Source: Guillardia theta CCMP2712 (Eukaryota > Protista > Cryptophyta). From it: DNA of 64,000 nucleotides. Below the pieces are notes generated by a model. It made no database searches. It was not told the DNA's origin and saw nothing but the letters and a program-made list of their open reading frames with translations. A program made the position numbers and the translations under genes. The stretch is taken from the NCBI RefSeq assembly GCF_000315625.1, contig NW_005434639.1, forward strand, positions 62,001-126,000. The letters are read 5' to 3'. The stretch's first letter is position 1, and each line of letters begins with the position of its first letter. Positions 47,901 to 62,900 of the stretch are shown piece by piece.

Positions 47901-50900
47901 ATTGGACGTTGAGCCCGACCCCCGATGATCCTGGTGTGATGAGAATGGAGGAATCTCTGAAAAGAGGTTCGAAATGGGTCACGTCAGTGATCAAAAACCT
48001 CCTCGTCGTCATCGCAAGCTGCGGGAGGTCAAACTCGATGCTCGCTGCATCCTCGAGCCTGTAGTTGCCCTGCGGCAGGACGTACAATCCTGCTGATGTG
48101 GGGATGTGAAAGGACAGAGTCTGGAAGCCCTTGATCGCTTCACTCGTCTTGATCTCGATGTGTTGATTTGAAGAGCTCCAGGAATACGACAAGAATGTGA
48201 AGGTATCCGAGGAGTTATTCTCCACAACCAGGAAGTTGTAGTCCTCGAACTTCTGCTGATATCTCCTGTCAAAGAAGTACTTCCTCTCCTCCCACGCGCA
48301 GTGGTTGCGCATGTCAGAATATTGCAACCTGCACTGATAGCTCCTCACCCAGTCCTCGTCTCCTTGCATGAAGGGAAGCTGGAGCCGTATGATGGTGCCA
48401 GCGGGGAGGTCAGAGTTCAAGTGCACAGTGAGCGACAAGTTAGACAAGCCGGACGAAGAGACTTCTTGGATCACCAGCTCCTCGTTCGAGATGAGAGGAG
48501 GAACGGCAGAGGAGTAGGAGACGACGGTGGAGGAGGTCGGTACGAACGAGCTGACGGTGGAGTCAGCCATGGTACCAACGACCATCGTGGTGACGTTGAC
48601 TGACAGCCCTGTCTCTGGCAGCATTACTGAGCCTGCAGGGATGGTGATCTTGAATTCACCCGCGTACGTCTGCTTGAAGAGGATGATCAGGCCTTCTGAC
48701 TGGCACAGAGTACCCTGCGAGCACGCCGAGCAGGCGTCGGAGGAGGGGCCCTCGTTCCAGAACCCTTGGATGTTGATAGAGGGCGATGCCTCGAGCGAGA
48801 TGGACTTGGAGTAGGAGATGAACCCTGGAAGTTGAAGGAAGAAGGCGTCTCCGGCCATGATCTGCTGCAAGGCGACAGTCTGCAAAGTCATCGCCGAGCC
48901 GTTCAATGGCAGGGGAGAGTACAAAATTAGCCGGCTGCTGGTAGAGAAGGCGACGACCCTGGCGACTGTGCTGAACGGCCGGGGAGACACGTTCCCGTTG
49001 ATCGAGGAGATCGAGACTGTGAAATTCTTGTCGTCTTTTGCTACTCCTTGACTTGGAATGGAGATGGACAACGCTGAAGGGATAGTGACGGTAATGAGCG
49101 TGCTGGCCGCCACTGCCGATGAGACCTTCATCTGCAAGGTGTAATCAAGGTTACTCCAACTGGACTGCAGAACGCAGCCACTGGGTATGGAGCTGACTGC
49201 ACCGTTGGTGAAAGAGCTTCCTTCGAAGTTGGGCAGCTTCAGTGCGATCGTATCCCCGACGTCGAGACTCATGGACAGGCGAAGCTGGAGGACGATGCTG
49301 ACTGAAGTTTTCACCTCCAGCGGGGAGAAGGAGAGGCTGGCAAGGGAAATAGCTCCGACTGGGTTCACGACAGCAAAGGACGTGGCGGGGATGGGAGAGG
49401 AATAGCTGAGAACGCTGAATCTGAACTGGTTGTCATTCTTCCTGACCCCATCCAGGGGTAATATGAGCCCCAGGCTGATCGTGAAACGAGCGGCCACATT
49501 CGCCAGGACCCTCTTTCTCAGCTGCACGTCCACGTACAACCCAGGAGAGCTGGGACAGACGGAGGAGGAGCAGGCGCGAGCGGTCGCGTTGAAATCCTCC
49601 GTCACCATCTGGACATTGCTGAAGGCTCCTTCCTGCTGGAACGATGGCAGAAAGACTCTCACCACATCGTTGACCTCGAGGGCGAGCTGGCTGGTGAACT
49701 GCAAAGTGACGTCATTGGCCTGGTTCGCTACCCCGGGAGTCATAGCAAGGGACGTGGTGGAACCGAAGTATCCGATAGGTGCAGATGCGTCAAGAGGCCT
49801 GGGAAGCGCTGGACCGAGAGTGGCGGAGCAAGAGATGAGGAAGGAGCTGGTGTCTCTTGGGATCGCCTTGAGGGGACTGATGAGGCCAAACGACGGGGGA
49901 ATCTGGACGCTGTACTCGACGAGCTGGGGAACTTGCTGGGTGCAAGTTAACGTTAGAGTGAACGTCAGTTGGTTCCACTTCATTACGCCGAAGGAGGAGC
50001 CAGCGACGGTCACAGTTTGCAACGACGTCCTAGTGAAGTCCGTGAGGACAAGGTCGATGGTGTCCCCGACAGAGATGTTGAGGGAGTAGGTGAAGAACAG
50101 CTGAATCTCATTCGATCCCCCGGCACTGCCCGGGTCAAACTTGACTTGACTGTTCAAGAACACGCCCACTCCTTGTGAAGAAGTGATGGAGGTCGGCTGA
50201 ACCTTGCCGAACACAGAGTCGATTCCTATCTTCACCCCGCTTGCGTCCTTTTGGATCCCGTTTGCGGGGAGGAAGAATCCTGCGGACTGGGGTATAAGGA
50301 TTGTGAACAGCGTGTTGGCCAGCACAAACTGAGTGGGGCGGACACTGAGGACCTTGGAGTACTGGTTCCAGGAGCAGGGGAACGAGCAACTGAACCCGTT
50401 GATCACAGTGTCGTTCACAGGGAACGACTGAAGGTACAACGAGATGTTAGCCGTGACGTTCATGTTCATAGAAGTCAAAAGCTCGAACTTGAGGCTTGTC
50501 GGCTGGTTCGCAACAGGATTTCCGAAGGACAACTTGGCCTGTTTTAGCGCTCCTACACTATACAGGCTGCTGAAGGGAGTCGGCAAGACTGGCCCTGCAG
50601 CCGCGTTGGTGGAGATCGTGATGTCTTGTTGGCCATTCTGAATTCCATTAGCTGGGAGTGTCAGCCCAGTAACGGTCAGGGAGACTTTGACTCCTGCTGG
50701 TCTGAGAGACGCCAAGACGATGTTGACGACGGAGCTTGCAAGGGCTACCGATGACGTGGCACCTTGTGGCTGGATCGCTGGCGTGCCGGAAAAACCGGGC
50801 AGGGCGATTGAGAGTTTCTCCCCCGGTCTGATGTCCATGGACGGAACAAACTCCACCAGCATGTTGGCCTGTTGACCCGCGTACACCAGCTGAGGTGAAG

Positions 50901-53900
50901 GGAACGAAAGCGACAGGCCGCCAAAGGAGCCAACGGCCTGCACGCTGTCCACCCGATAGGGGCCAGTCTGCCCGAACGAGGCATTGGAGCGGATATAATA
51001 GAAATTGCTCGCGTTGACCCCCTGCGGCGGCAGGCGCAGCCCGGCAGCAGCTGGGACTGTGATGGAGATGGGAGAATCCGAGGCTATCAAGGTCTTTGTG
51101 AACAAGGCTAGCGTGTCTTGCGAGCTTGTCCAGATGCCATACGACCACTGAAAGCTACTGAGCTGAATGGTTGAGGTCTCGGCAGCGCCAGATATCTTGA
51201 AGCCAGGGAGTCCCACGAGGATGTTTTCTCCTTGCTGGATCGGAGCGGAGAGAGAGAAGGAGACGACGACTGAGCTGACCTGACCGGCGACAGGGGTCCC
51301 AAAGAGCAACGAGGAGTTGTAGATCTTGCCGATCCTGTTGACCACCTGCACTGGTGTTGGTAGAACCGGGCCGTTGGATGCGTCCGTCGAGATCAACGCT
51401 GAGATGCTGGCGACGTTGCCGACCTGTCTGACGTCCTTGATGTACATGTTGATGACTTTCCAGGCTGGTATGACCTTGTTGGGTACTAGCGTGAACTTCT
51501 TCGATGCGAGATCCCACGTGACTGAGGAGAATGAACCTGAATCGTCCTGGACCTGATATGTCTTCGAGGTGCCAGAGTAGTTTGTGAGCGATACTTGGAC
51601 TTTCTCTCCGACGAGAATTTCCATAGTCGCTGTGAAGGCGAACTGAATGTCGATGATGCTGTCGTCGTCAGGGTTTGCAAGGAACCTCAAGAGGGCAGAG
51701 GAGAAGCTGCCGAACGGCTGAATGTTCTCAACAAAAAGATCCTTCACCAATCCAGAACGTGAATCCAGCGATAAGGATATTCCCCGGTAGCCCTTGACCA
51801 GACCAGCCAAGGGAGTTCGCAACTGAGGCAGAACAATGGTTGTGCTTTGCAAGGCAGCTGTTGCTTGTGGGAACGTGTACGACAACATGGTAACAAAACC
51901 GTCAGTCACTTTGGTAGTGAAAACAACCGAAGGGTTCGCAGTCGAAGGCCTTGCTACGGCTTCGAAACCTTGCAGCACTACAGTGATGTTGTCATTTGCT
52001 GCAATTCTCATCAGAGGAACCAGGGTGAGGCGGACGTCCACGACTGTGTTTGCAACAGGAAGAGAAAAGCTGACGGAGGTGTCGGAGAACGCGCCTACTG
52101 GGAGTATGGAGAGGATCTTGGCAGGCAGGACGGGCCCGGCAGTTGCGTCCGTTGCCATGGTAAAAGTCACATCGTCTCTCACGCCCAAGGCTGGCAGCAT
52201 CAGCCCCCAACCTGTAATGGTCATCTCCACCTGTGCCTTAGCTGGGACGTCCTGCTGCAAGGTGAGGATAAGATTCGAAGAGTCCTTCTTCCACTCGATC
52301 GCCAAGGGGATCGAGTTGGCAGCCACAATGTTCCTTGTGAGATCTGCAAAGTTAGAGTTCCAGGTGAATCCAGGGAGGTTGACGACGACGGTCTCTGCAG
52401 CCTTGAGAGCCTGGGAGTAGGCGAACGCAACGTTGAGGTCTGAGAGGGTGGCTCCTGGCCTCGGAGGGAAGTAGGAGATGGCGTTGCTGACGAACTTGCC
52501 GAACAGCTGGACCTTTTGGATCTTCGTGGGCTGAATGGTTCCCAACGGAGACCTGCAGGAGAAGGTGAAGACTGAAGACGGCGAAATGCCCTCTGGTGGG
52601 GAAATGATGCTGTTCAGTGCCAAGATCACGATCTCCACTCGCTGGGATATTTCAGCTGTCGCTTTCAATGTCACAGTCGGCTGTCCGGTCTTGCTGTCAA
52701 CGGACCAAAGAGCTGTAAAACTTGACGAGACGTCGAGCTGCAGAGCAGCAGGCAGCCCTGAGGCTCGGGAGAAGAGCGGGAGCAGGAGGGTGCATTCATC
52801 GTTAGCCTGGAGGCCACTGACGGGCCAGAACTTGAAGGTGATGTCGACGGGGGAGGAGGCGACTGGCGGAGTGAAGGCCAGTTCCATGTTGCCAGAGATA
52901 TACCCGACCGGCTCGTAAGACGTTGGCACGGGGAGGATCTTGCCGTCGACAGCATCGATTAGCATCGAGATCGGGACCTGCGAGACCCCGTCCGATGGGA
53001 TGGTGAGCCCCGCGTCCTTGCCCAGAGTAATGTTGATTAAAATGCTTGCTGGAATGAAGTTGATGATGGAGATGCGCAGAGCCGACTCTCCAGGGACCCA
53101 CACGGCAGACAAGTCTCCCTTGATGGAACCGAGCAGGAAGCTGGTGACATCGATGGTGGTGGCGCTGGAGGCAGAGGAGGCGTTGAGCGAGAACCCTGGG
53201 ATAGTCAGCACTATCGTATCTCCAGGCCGGAGGGCGTTGGATAGCGAGAACGCAACTCGGAGCTCCGTGATGGCGTTTGCCACAGGAGGAACGAAGAATA
53301 TCCTGGGGCTGGTGATGAAAGCTCCTACAGGCTGTACGTTGCTGATCGCGACGAAGTCGGAGTTGCCATACAGGCCTGAGACTTTGATTCGTATCTTCTG
53401 ATCGCCTCGAGTTACCCCGTCTGACGGCAAGAGCACTTGGAGCTCTGGACTGGACAGGATGTTCACCTGGATGGCTGTGATGGAGTTGGTTATCGCCTTG
53501 ACGACGCGGAGTGTAAGGAGGGCCGTGCGGTTGTTCCAGGTCGCCACGAGCGACTCATCGCTGAATCCCTGGATAAGGATGCTTGCATGCAGCGTCCAGT
53601 CGCTCGAGTTGCATACGGAGCACTGGAGTTGGAAGCCGTTCAGCTCCACCGTGAAGAAATCACCAACGACTAGCGGCCTGTTCACCACGAACGCCATTGA
53701 CAGGTTAGCAACCTGCCCGGCCTTGGCGTTCTCTCCGAAGACGACGGAAGTGTTGAACACGGCAGCTACCGAGTCGATCTGGACGAAGGGCAGCGGCAGC
53801 AGGACTGGGCCGTCGGCGCAATTAGTAGAGAGCGTGTAGTGGTGCAAGGTGTCGTAGGCCATTCCTTGAATCGGGAGGTTGATCCCAGACAATGAGGAGG

Positions 53901-56900
53901 ATCCGTATACTGTTAGCACGACCTTGGTGTACGGCAGCACGACGGCGCGCATCTGAATCGTCAGTGTCTGATTGTCAGTCGCCCAGTAAGCAGCGTTGGT
54001 CAACGCGGGAGGGGAAGAGAAGACGGAGTAGAGACCGTTGGCTCCTCCGAAGAACGGCAAGGAGACGAGGACGCGTTCTCCTGCATTGATCAGCATACTT
54101 GCGGTGAAGCTGATGGTCACGTTGACTGAGGCTCCTGCTATCTTGGGAGTGAAGCGGAGCTGAGAAGTGCCGAGGAATGATCCGAACAGCTGGACAGCAG
54201 CTGAGGGGGTTGACAGCACCTTCCCGTACACTCCTTGGACGACAACTCTGAAACTGTCGCTCGTTCTGCCTGTGATGCCGTCGAAGGGGAACAGAAACCC
54301 AAAGTCCGACATGAAGAGCAATCTAACCCGCTGCTCAGCTCCGACCTCCTGCAAGACCTTGAGCGAGAGGGACTGAGAGGCTGGGTTCCAGGCTCCAACA
54401 TCGAACATTGGTCGAGCTACAGCCTCCTGGTTCAGATAAGCAAAGTCGGCTGAAGGGGCCGACAGGTTGCTTCTCCGGAATCCCGGGAGGTAAAGGACCA
54501 GCTCGTCGCCTGCCATGAGACGGAAGTTGAAAGTGAGACTGTAAGTTAAGTTCACAGGGACGCTCTGAAAGGAAGAGCTGGGTAGGAACTTGTAAGTGAG
54601 TTCGGATTCCAAGATCGCTCCGATTAGAGAAAGGCTCTCGACCGGTCGGGAAGAAATCGGACTTAAGATAGAGTCCACCCAGAACAAAACCGTTGTACAG
54701 TTGCAAGCATTCGTACTGAGACAGTTGCAGCCGTTGTACTTCTGGATGCCAGTGAGGGGAACTTTCAGCCTCTCGGACGCTGGAACGAGCAGAGTCACTA
54801 GAGTGGCGGGGTTGACGTCGTGGATGGTGCTGAAGGTCAGGACATGGCTGCCGGCATCCCACGTTGCTGTTGAGTTGAACGTTGAGTTGCTGTAAGACGT
54901 GTTGAGCGATGTGAAAACCTTGACGGGAGTTGACAGGTTACGTGAGAACCCTTTGAGCCAGAGGTTGATCTTTGACCCGGCGGGGATCAACTGTGTAGGA
55001 GTGAACTCGAAGGTGATGGAGGAAAAGACTCCGGCCACTGGCGTCCCGAAGATCAACGACTCTGAGCGAGCGAAGGAGCCAACGGGAGAGACGGAGAGCA
55101 GGGATGTAGGCGGGACAAGACAGGAAGAAGAGTTGAGCGAGATCTTGATATCCTTCTGATTCAGCGACAACCCATTCAGAGGGATCCGGATCCCGCTAGA
55201 GCTCGGCACCACCACACTCACTACTCGCCCTTTCGACACGAACGTTGCAGCCGTGAAGACGATCCTCGGGGGGCTGGAGGCCCCGTCCCAGGTGGCCGTA
55301 GGGAACATGTCAGCCTCCTCTCCCTGGGTAGCGAAGGTGTAGCTGCAGTCGTTGACCATGCTGCACTTGTAGAAGCCTGGCAGGTGCAGGATGAACGACT
55401 CGCGAGCTGCAAGGTTGCAGCTGAATCGCATTTCTACCGTGAAGCTCGCTGGCTCGTCGGAGAGCCTCGGCTGGAAGTCCAGCAAGGAGATCAGGACGGT
55501 GCCGACCCCCGGAGAGTGACTGATGGGCTCTTGGTAGACCGGCATGGCGGTAGCGATGGAAATCAAGTTCTGATCGTCGTCCTTGTACAGTCCGAAGGGT
55601 CCGATCTCAAGGGCTGACAGGGCAACCAGGTGGATAGAAACATTACCCTCGACGTTCTGCGCCAACAGGAAGGACAGAGTGGATGTGGAGCTGTCCCAAG
55701 ACGCTATGGGAGCAGGGAGAACCTGCTCGAGCTGCGAGGGGTTACAACCCATCTCCTTGGATTTGAACATTTGAGCATTCAGTCCTACCGCCGATGGTCC
55801 TGTCATCCCCTGAACAACCGCGGACACCGTGTCGCCGAATGAAAGGGGCATACCTATCCATGCTACCACCTTTACGGACACCCGAGACCCTCTGTAGTAG
55901 CTTGACAAGCAGATTTCCGAGTTTGAAACGACTCCCAACGGATCAGTCGAGACCTTGTAGTAGAGTCCGTCCAGCTTCGCGTTGTATCTATCGAAGGTAA
56001 CGACGGGCTGGATGCCGTTCATGGGTAACTTGACCTTGAAATCCTTGGAGAGGGTCAGGTTGAACACTTGTTCTGCAACAAGATCCTGCATCGTTGAGAC
56101 GAAGATCTGGTTGTTGTACCATCGGACCTTGGTGAGCTGGCAGGTAGGATACACCGACACGAAATCCGATTGATTGACCAGCGAGCTCGAGAAATCTTTG
56201 ACGGTGATGCCCATGACGGTATTGGCGGATATCACGAGGTTTGTGTCCAGCCCCACTGTGATGCCTGAGATGGCGTTGGCGCTGGCTGGATCAAAGGACA
56301 GGTGAGGCAGGGATCGGAAGTAGCCGACGGGGGTGATGTCATCGAAGTTGGTATCCGGGATGATGGCAGACGATGTGATGGCAGACATGTACAAGCTCTT
56401 CTCACTCTGCATCAGCCCTGTTTCTGGGACTCTGAATCCGATGTCCTCAAAGATTATGACGGTGCTGTACTCGTTCACGGGAACAAGCTCCTGAGCCGTC
56501 AACTTCAAGACCTTAGTATCCGCGTTCCATGATGCAAGCCTGATCTTTCCGACACATCTGAGAGGATACTCTTCGCACACGTACGGTTCACTCAAGACCT
56601 CGAAGTTGGTGATGCCTTGGTTGACATTTGCAACGCTGAATCCAGGAAGGGTAACAGAAAGAACCTCTCCTGGCTTGAAGTCGATGCTCAGTGCAAACCC
56701 GACGCGAAGTCGCACGTTGACGTTGGTCTGTGGAGGAATGGCTTCCAACTTAGAGACGACGACGTCGGCATAAGGCTGGACGATGTCAGAAGTCAGAACT
56801 GACACCGCCGGCACTCGCCCAACGGAAGGGATGTACGCTTGAATGGTCAGCGAAGGGTCGTTCATCTGCAGCCCTGCCTTGGGCGTCATGATGTAAGCAC

Positions 56901-59900
56901 TTTTCGGGATCGTGACCTGCACGAGAGAACCGGAAAGGATGGGTTTAGCGACCAGGAGCATGAGCATCTGCGAGGAGTTGAACCAGAGCGACTGTTCGAT
57001 GGCACCGATCGGGATGGATTCAACCTTGATAGCCAACGACTCGTTGTTGTTGGAGAAAGGATTGGGCACTTGTTCCAGCGTCTGCCCACTGAGGATAAGG
57101 TTTTCATTCTCGATCTTGAAGCCGGGCAGGTACACAGCTACCCAGCTCTGAGCATCGAGCGCATACTCCTGGCTGCAGTCGGTCTGTGAGGGTCCGCGGA
57201 CCGAGACAGGATAGAATTTGACGACAATCTGAGTGGCGGTACCGGGTAACGGCGGGACGAATTGAATCTCTGAACGAGAAATCATCGATTCGACTGTCGG
57301 CGAAGACAGGCGACTGGTCGATAAGACTACTCCATTGCGAGCCGTCATGGAGTAAGAAATGCCGCTGGCGTCGTCTGCTAGCAAGCCACTCCTAGGCAAT
57401 GTGATGCCCGCTGTGATAGGGATGGTGATTTGGTTGTTTGCTCCGCTTGCTATCGGCAAGCCCACGTACAGCCTGACAGTTCGATCGGCCTTGCTCCAAG
57501 TTCCTCTGCTGATGAAATCTCCTGACGACGTCGGGACAAACTCAGAGTCCTCTCCGTCGAACCCGGGAAAGGTCACAGTCAGCACGTCACCGTTGACGAA
57601 TGCCATTCTGTTGGAGAAGGAGACGGTGATGGATGCAGCGGAGAAGGGAGAGAGGCAGTACTGTGTGCAAGCTGAGTTCAAGATGCAGAGGAACTGGCAA
57701 CTGGTTGGGATATTCTGCTTCTGTGCAGCAGTCAGATCTGCGCAAGTGTCGAAGGAAACAGCAAAGCTGTCGAGATATCCGATGGCTGCACTGATGGGAA
57801 CCAGAGACGATGCCGTGTTGTCGCTCTTGATGATTGTAACGAGCAGTTTCTTTGAGTTGATCTCTAGGACAGACTGCGGCAGGGAAATCGCATTCTCCTG
57901 GGGGATTTCGATGGAGAATCGAGAATTTGACGAGGCGTTGGAGTGAAGAATAATCTCAACCTGCCACCTTGTCGCATCGTACGACCCCGAGACGTTGAGC
58001 GATGAAACTAAGGTCAGAGGCCCCGTGACCCCTCCGAAGCCTTGGAGGGTCATCAGAATCCGATCCCCTGGCTCCAGGTCGACGTAGTTGCGCACCTGTA
58101 GCGTTACGGCCGTGACGTCCCCTGCCTTGGGAGGGTCGAAAGAGATGATCGGGCGAAGGACGTCCGAGGTTCGAGGGGAGAAGGGGAAGGGACAGCTGAT
58201 CTCAGGGTCACAAGGCAGCTGTCGACTCGTCTCCCCGAAGAATCCTACGTGTTGGACGTTGGTGATCTGAGTGGGAGGCACCGGCCCGTCAGAAGCTTCG
58301 CTGCTCACCAGCAAGGTCAGCAGGTCAGTCGCCAGCCCCTCCTCGGGGAGCCTGACAGATTGTGCGTCTGCTGGCATGATGATCGTGAGGTCAGTATCAG
58401 CTGGGATGTTGGCCGCGTACTTGACGGTCAGGACGAGCTGTTGGGTCTCGAGTATCCACGAGGCCTGAGCGACATAGCTGCCGCACCCGATGGTGTCGGA
58501 GTTGGCATCGCAGAGCTTCGGGATTGATTGAGCAGAAATGACTGGGCGACTGGGGCCGAAGAAGAAAGGCAAAGTAAGAGTGATCGTCTCGAGGCTCTGA
58601 AGCCTCATTGAGGCTCTGAAGGAGAATATGATGTCCGAAGGCATGCCGGGGAGAGGGTTGGAAAAGGTCAGCGTCGGGGAGACGCCGAAGGATCCAACTG
58701 GAGTGCAGGTGAGGGCTGGTTGAGGTGTGAGAGGTCCTGAGCCAGCGTTTGAACCCAAGAGGAGGGTCTGGTCGTTTGTCTTGAGGCCCGTGGACGGAAG
58801 GAAGAGACCGATCTCCTCTCCGATCACGATGTCGACTTGCGTGAACTCCTCCACAAACTCGGCGACGGTCATAGTCAGGATGTTCTGCTGCCTACTCCAG
58901 GAGGCGTTCAGCACTGTCCCGTTGGGAGTGCTCTTGACCTGGAACTGACTCTTGCCGTACCCTCCGGTGAAACCGACGAGGTAAAGGCTGATTTCATCGG
59001 TCGGATACAGCCTCATCCTCGCCTTGAACTTGAAGTAGATTCGGGTGATACTCTTGGCCCTGCCCCTGCCCAGGAAGCTTTCCTGACAGGCGATGCTGTC
59101 TAGAACTCTAGAGCTGTTGTATCCTGGTGGCTCGAAACCTCCAAAGACCGAACTGCAGATGCTTCCGATGCTGTCAAACTGAAGGTCAGCGATGTCGAAG
59201 GAGCCCTGCTGGTACACGGCTGGCGATGAGGTGATGGGGTAGCCCAGGACGGGCCCGGACACGGCGTTGGTGGAGATGGTGATGTTTCTCTGGTTCTTGA
59301 CCACCCCCTTGACTGGCAGCCTCACCCCTGAGGTAGAGGAGATCCAGATCTGGATCGGAGTCTCGGCCTCGATCTCGCTGCTGACTGTGAGCGTCAGGCC
59401 GGCGTTGTTGAAGTTCCAGGAGGCGTCCGGAGATATGTAAGGAGTGTTGGGGACAACCGGAACCAGCGAGAGGTTGCTAGCGAGAGAGAAGGAGGGGAGG
59501 CGGATGAAGATCTCATCCCCACCAACAAGGTTCATGATCGCTTGGAACCAAATGGTGATCTCGCTGGGGTTTCCTGCCATCTGCGGCTTGTTCGAATGCT
59601 TGAAGCTCATGTTGAAGAAAGAGAAGTCCCCGGCGAGGTAGATCCCAGGAGACTTCATGATGGAGGTGGGAACATAGATCCCTTGGTCGAAGTTGGCCGT
59701 GGAGACCTTGAGCTGCTGCTGGTTCACCGAGATTCCTTGTCGGGGAATCATCATCTGCAGGGTTGCGGGGACGGTGATCTCAAGCTTCTGGTTAGCGGGT
59801 CTGGCAGACTTGAAGGAGATGATCAGCGTGTTGGTTATATTGACCTTACGCTCAGTCCAGTAGTGATCAGTGACCTTGCTTCCATTGTCAGAGTAGCAGA

Positions 59901-62900
59901 TCCTCGGGATTGAGAAGTAGGCGGTGGTGGCGCAGGTGAAGTTCTCGATCTTGTACACGAAAGGGACCCACTCGTACGAGTAAAACTGATCGTTGATCAC
60001 CTGGCTCGTCGTTGCGTTCGTGAAGAACTGCGGCAGGTGCAGCACAACCTGACTTCCGGACGGGATGTCCATCAAGGGAGTGAAGCTGAAGATGATGGCG
60101 GAGACAGTCGCTGCCTTCGGCGGGTTGAAGGCAATGCGGGTATCAGCAAAGTACCCAACCCCAGGAGTGAAGTCAATGGACTTGGGAGGATAGCTTGACA
60201 CAGCGACGGTCAGGTCCAACGAGTTTGTCTTGATGCCGTTGACTGGCAGGTAGATTCCGAGCGAGGACGGAAAAACGACGCTGACTTGCTGTCCTCCCTC
60301 CACCTTGTCATTCGCGCAATGCAGCCATAGGACTAGCGTGCTCAGGTTTTGATTCCACCTAGCCGAGAACCTCGACCCGTCAGGACCGGAGAGCGAGTGA
60401 GCCAGTATCTCCTGGGAAGAGTAGAAGAGCGGCAAGTGCACATGCACCGTGTCGTAGTCTTGGAGCGTGTAAGCTGGGATGAAGCTGAAAGAGATCGCAA
60501 CAGGAACACCAACCTGCCTTGGTACGAACTCAGAAATCTCGGCGAATGTCATGAACCGAGTCTGGTTCAGCGCGATGGGCGAAGACGAGCCCAGCACTAT
60601 GAGACGGAGGGACTTCGCATTGGCTTCTACGAACTTGTGATCGACCTCGAACCCGCTGTTGACGCCTGGTAATGACAAGCCTAGGACGATCTCCTGGTTG
60701 ACAGGAAGGTCTCCTCCACTTGTTAGTGTAATGTTCAAAATCCCTGTAAAGGCCGGGCAAGAACACTCAGTGAAGTTTGTCTGACATGTGCAAACTCGAA
60801 TCTGTTTCAGTTGGCTGGCAAACGAGAGGTCCTCGTTGGAGGTGGAGTTCACTGTCGATGCCACGTCAACAAACCTAGGGTTCACAGACCTTGACAGTTG
60901 CAGGAAGGTCGAATTCGGAAAGTAGTAGAAGACGTTGCACAGGATCTCATCGCTGAGTTCTAAGTTAACGATCTTGATCATGTACTCTTCCAAAGTTTGA
61001 TTCATTGTGATGTCATGCAAATTGCAATTCAACGATGTCAAAGAAAAATTTCTTACTTGATGCGGATCAGTAACGGTTGTTGAGCTCACTGCTGAGATCC
61101 CTGGCAAGGCACAAAACAGGACATCTGAAGTCCGGACAGTCCTCAAGAGAGTGAAATTGAGCTCCAGTCTGAACAGGCCCCAGCTTGAAACAGGTACGAT
61201 GACCAGTGAAGGCAAAAGTTTGAAGGTTCCGAAAGTGAGGTCGACAAAGGAGAAGTCACCATTGTTACAAGATGCCGACACTGCCAAGGCGGACAACTTG
61301 TAGGAATCGTAATACGTGGGATTCTTGGGAGAGTAGCCGTTGTGGAATGCTATCTCGATCACTGCTGTCGTGAACGAAGTGATTTGTTGTCTTACACTGA
61401 AAACAATCTCTGTGCTGTTCCAACTCTCCACGGTGAACGATTCATTGGAAGGAGACACTGTCACCTGGCTAGTTTCGGCGCTGCCCGGGGCCGAAGGAAA
61501 TTTGAGAACGATCAAATCGGCAGCTCGCAAGTGGTCGGAGTATGAGAACGAGACCTTGACCTTATAGAACTTTTGATCCTGTTCATTCCCAAAGTGGAGA
61601 GTTGCATTGACAAAGTATCCAACTCTGCTCGTTGTGAGCAGAGGAAGCCCCGGATAACTTGTGATGATGCTGTGTTTCGCCTTGGTTGACACGTTCATGG
61701 AAATGACTCCTCCGTCGTCTGCGTTCAACTTGACGCCAAGTATGGATGGGAGCACAAGGTTGATTGCCGTGTGATTGCTGAAGTTACGCGCAAATGTAAC
61801 ATTGATCGTGTTGTCTTTAAACGAGATCTGCTTGAAGTTCTCGTTCGGGAGGATACAGGTCATGGCTGCAGTAGACGTGTTGTTGTCCATGTGGATTCCA
61901 GTCAAGGCTATCACCATGATGTCATCAACAAAGAAGTCAAAGTTTGCAAACACAAAGATGCTCAGCTCGATCGCCTCATCATACTTGAGCGGCGTTGCCA
62001 CGGCGTACGATCTAGAAAAGGTTCCCACTTTCTTCAGCTGAATCACTGGAACAGGATCTAAGAACCCTCTTGAAGTCTCAGCGCTGATATTCGCCACCGT
62101 GATGCCCGTTAGCGGGATCCTGATGTTGGCAGAGGTAGCGATCAGAATGGAAACCTGCGTGCCCGCGTTGACATAGTCGCTGATGCGCAGGTCCAGTCGC
62201 TGTTGCCTTGCCTCCCATGCTGTGGACGTGCAGACGTCGGGAGGAATTGAACTTTGCGGACGGAAGCAGAGGTCGGTCGGGCCCGACATGTTGTACAGCC
62301 AGATGGTGATGAGGTCGGAGGGGATCAGATTCTGGTCAGGGCTGAACTGAACGAAGATGGTGGTGATGGAGCCAGGGGAGGAAGGGTCGAAGGAGACTAC
62401 GGGCTGTTTTCCCGCTGTCACCCAGTTCATGGAGACCACCGCTCCGCTAGAAAGCGACCCAGGTCTCATACTAAGAGTTCCGTCCGCAGCGTCCGTTCCG
62501 ATCATGAGCGTGGGAGAGTTCTCCGGCAGGTAGGCTTCAGGAAGCATGAGGCCGAGACTAGATGGGATCTCAAAGCTCGCCTCGTCTCCTCGGTTGAAGC
62601 AGAACCCAGGTTGAATCGTGATGACCAGCATGTCGGTAGAACACCAGGTCGACCATGTGACGGTGTAGTTGACCACAGGCGAGACTCGAGGGATCAACGT
62701 TGTGTTGCCTGCCTGCTGCACGAAGTCAGCGAGCAAAGCTTCCAGCTCAAGGAGAGCTGGAGGTTTGCCGACAACTGTCGAGTCGCAAGACACGCGCTGC
62801 CCGGCTACTGTGTCGTTTGAGTTGTTGAAGGTGGAAAGAACCAAACTTGCGTCTTGAACAGAGCATTCAAACCCTTTGCTGCATTTCGAGAAGTTTGTCT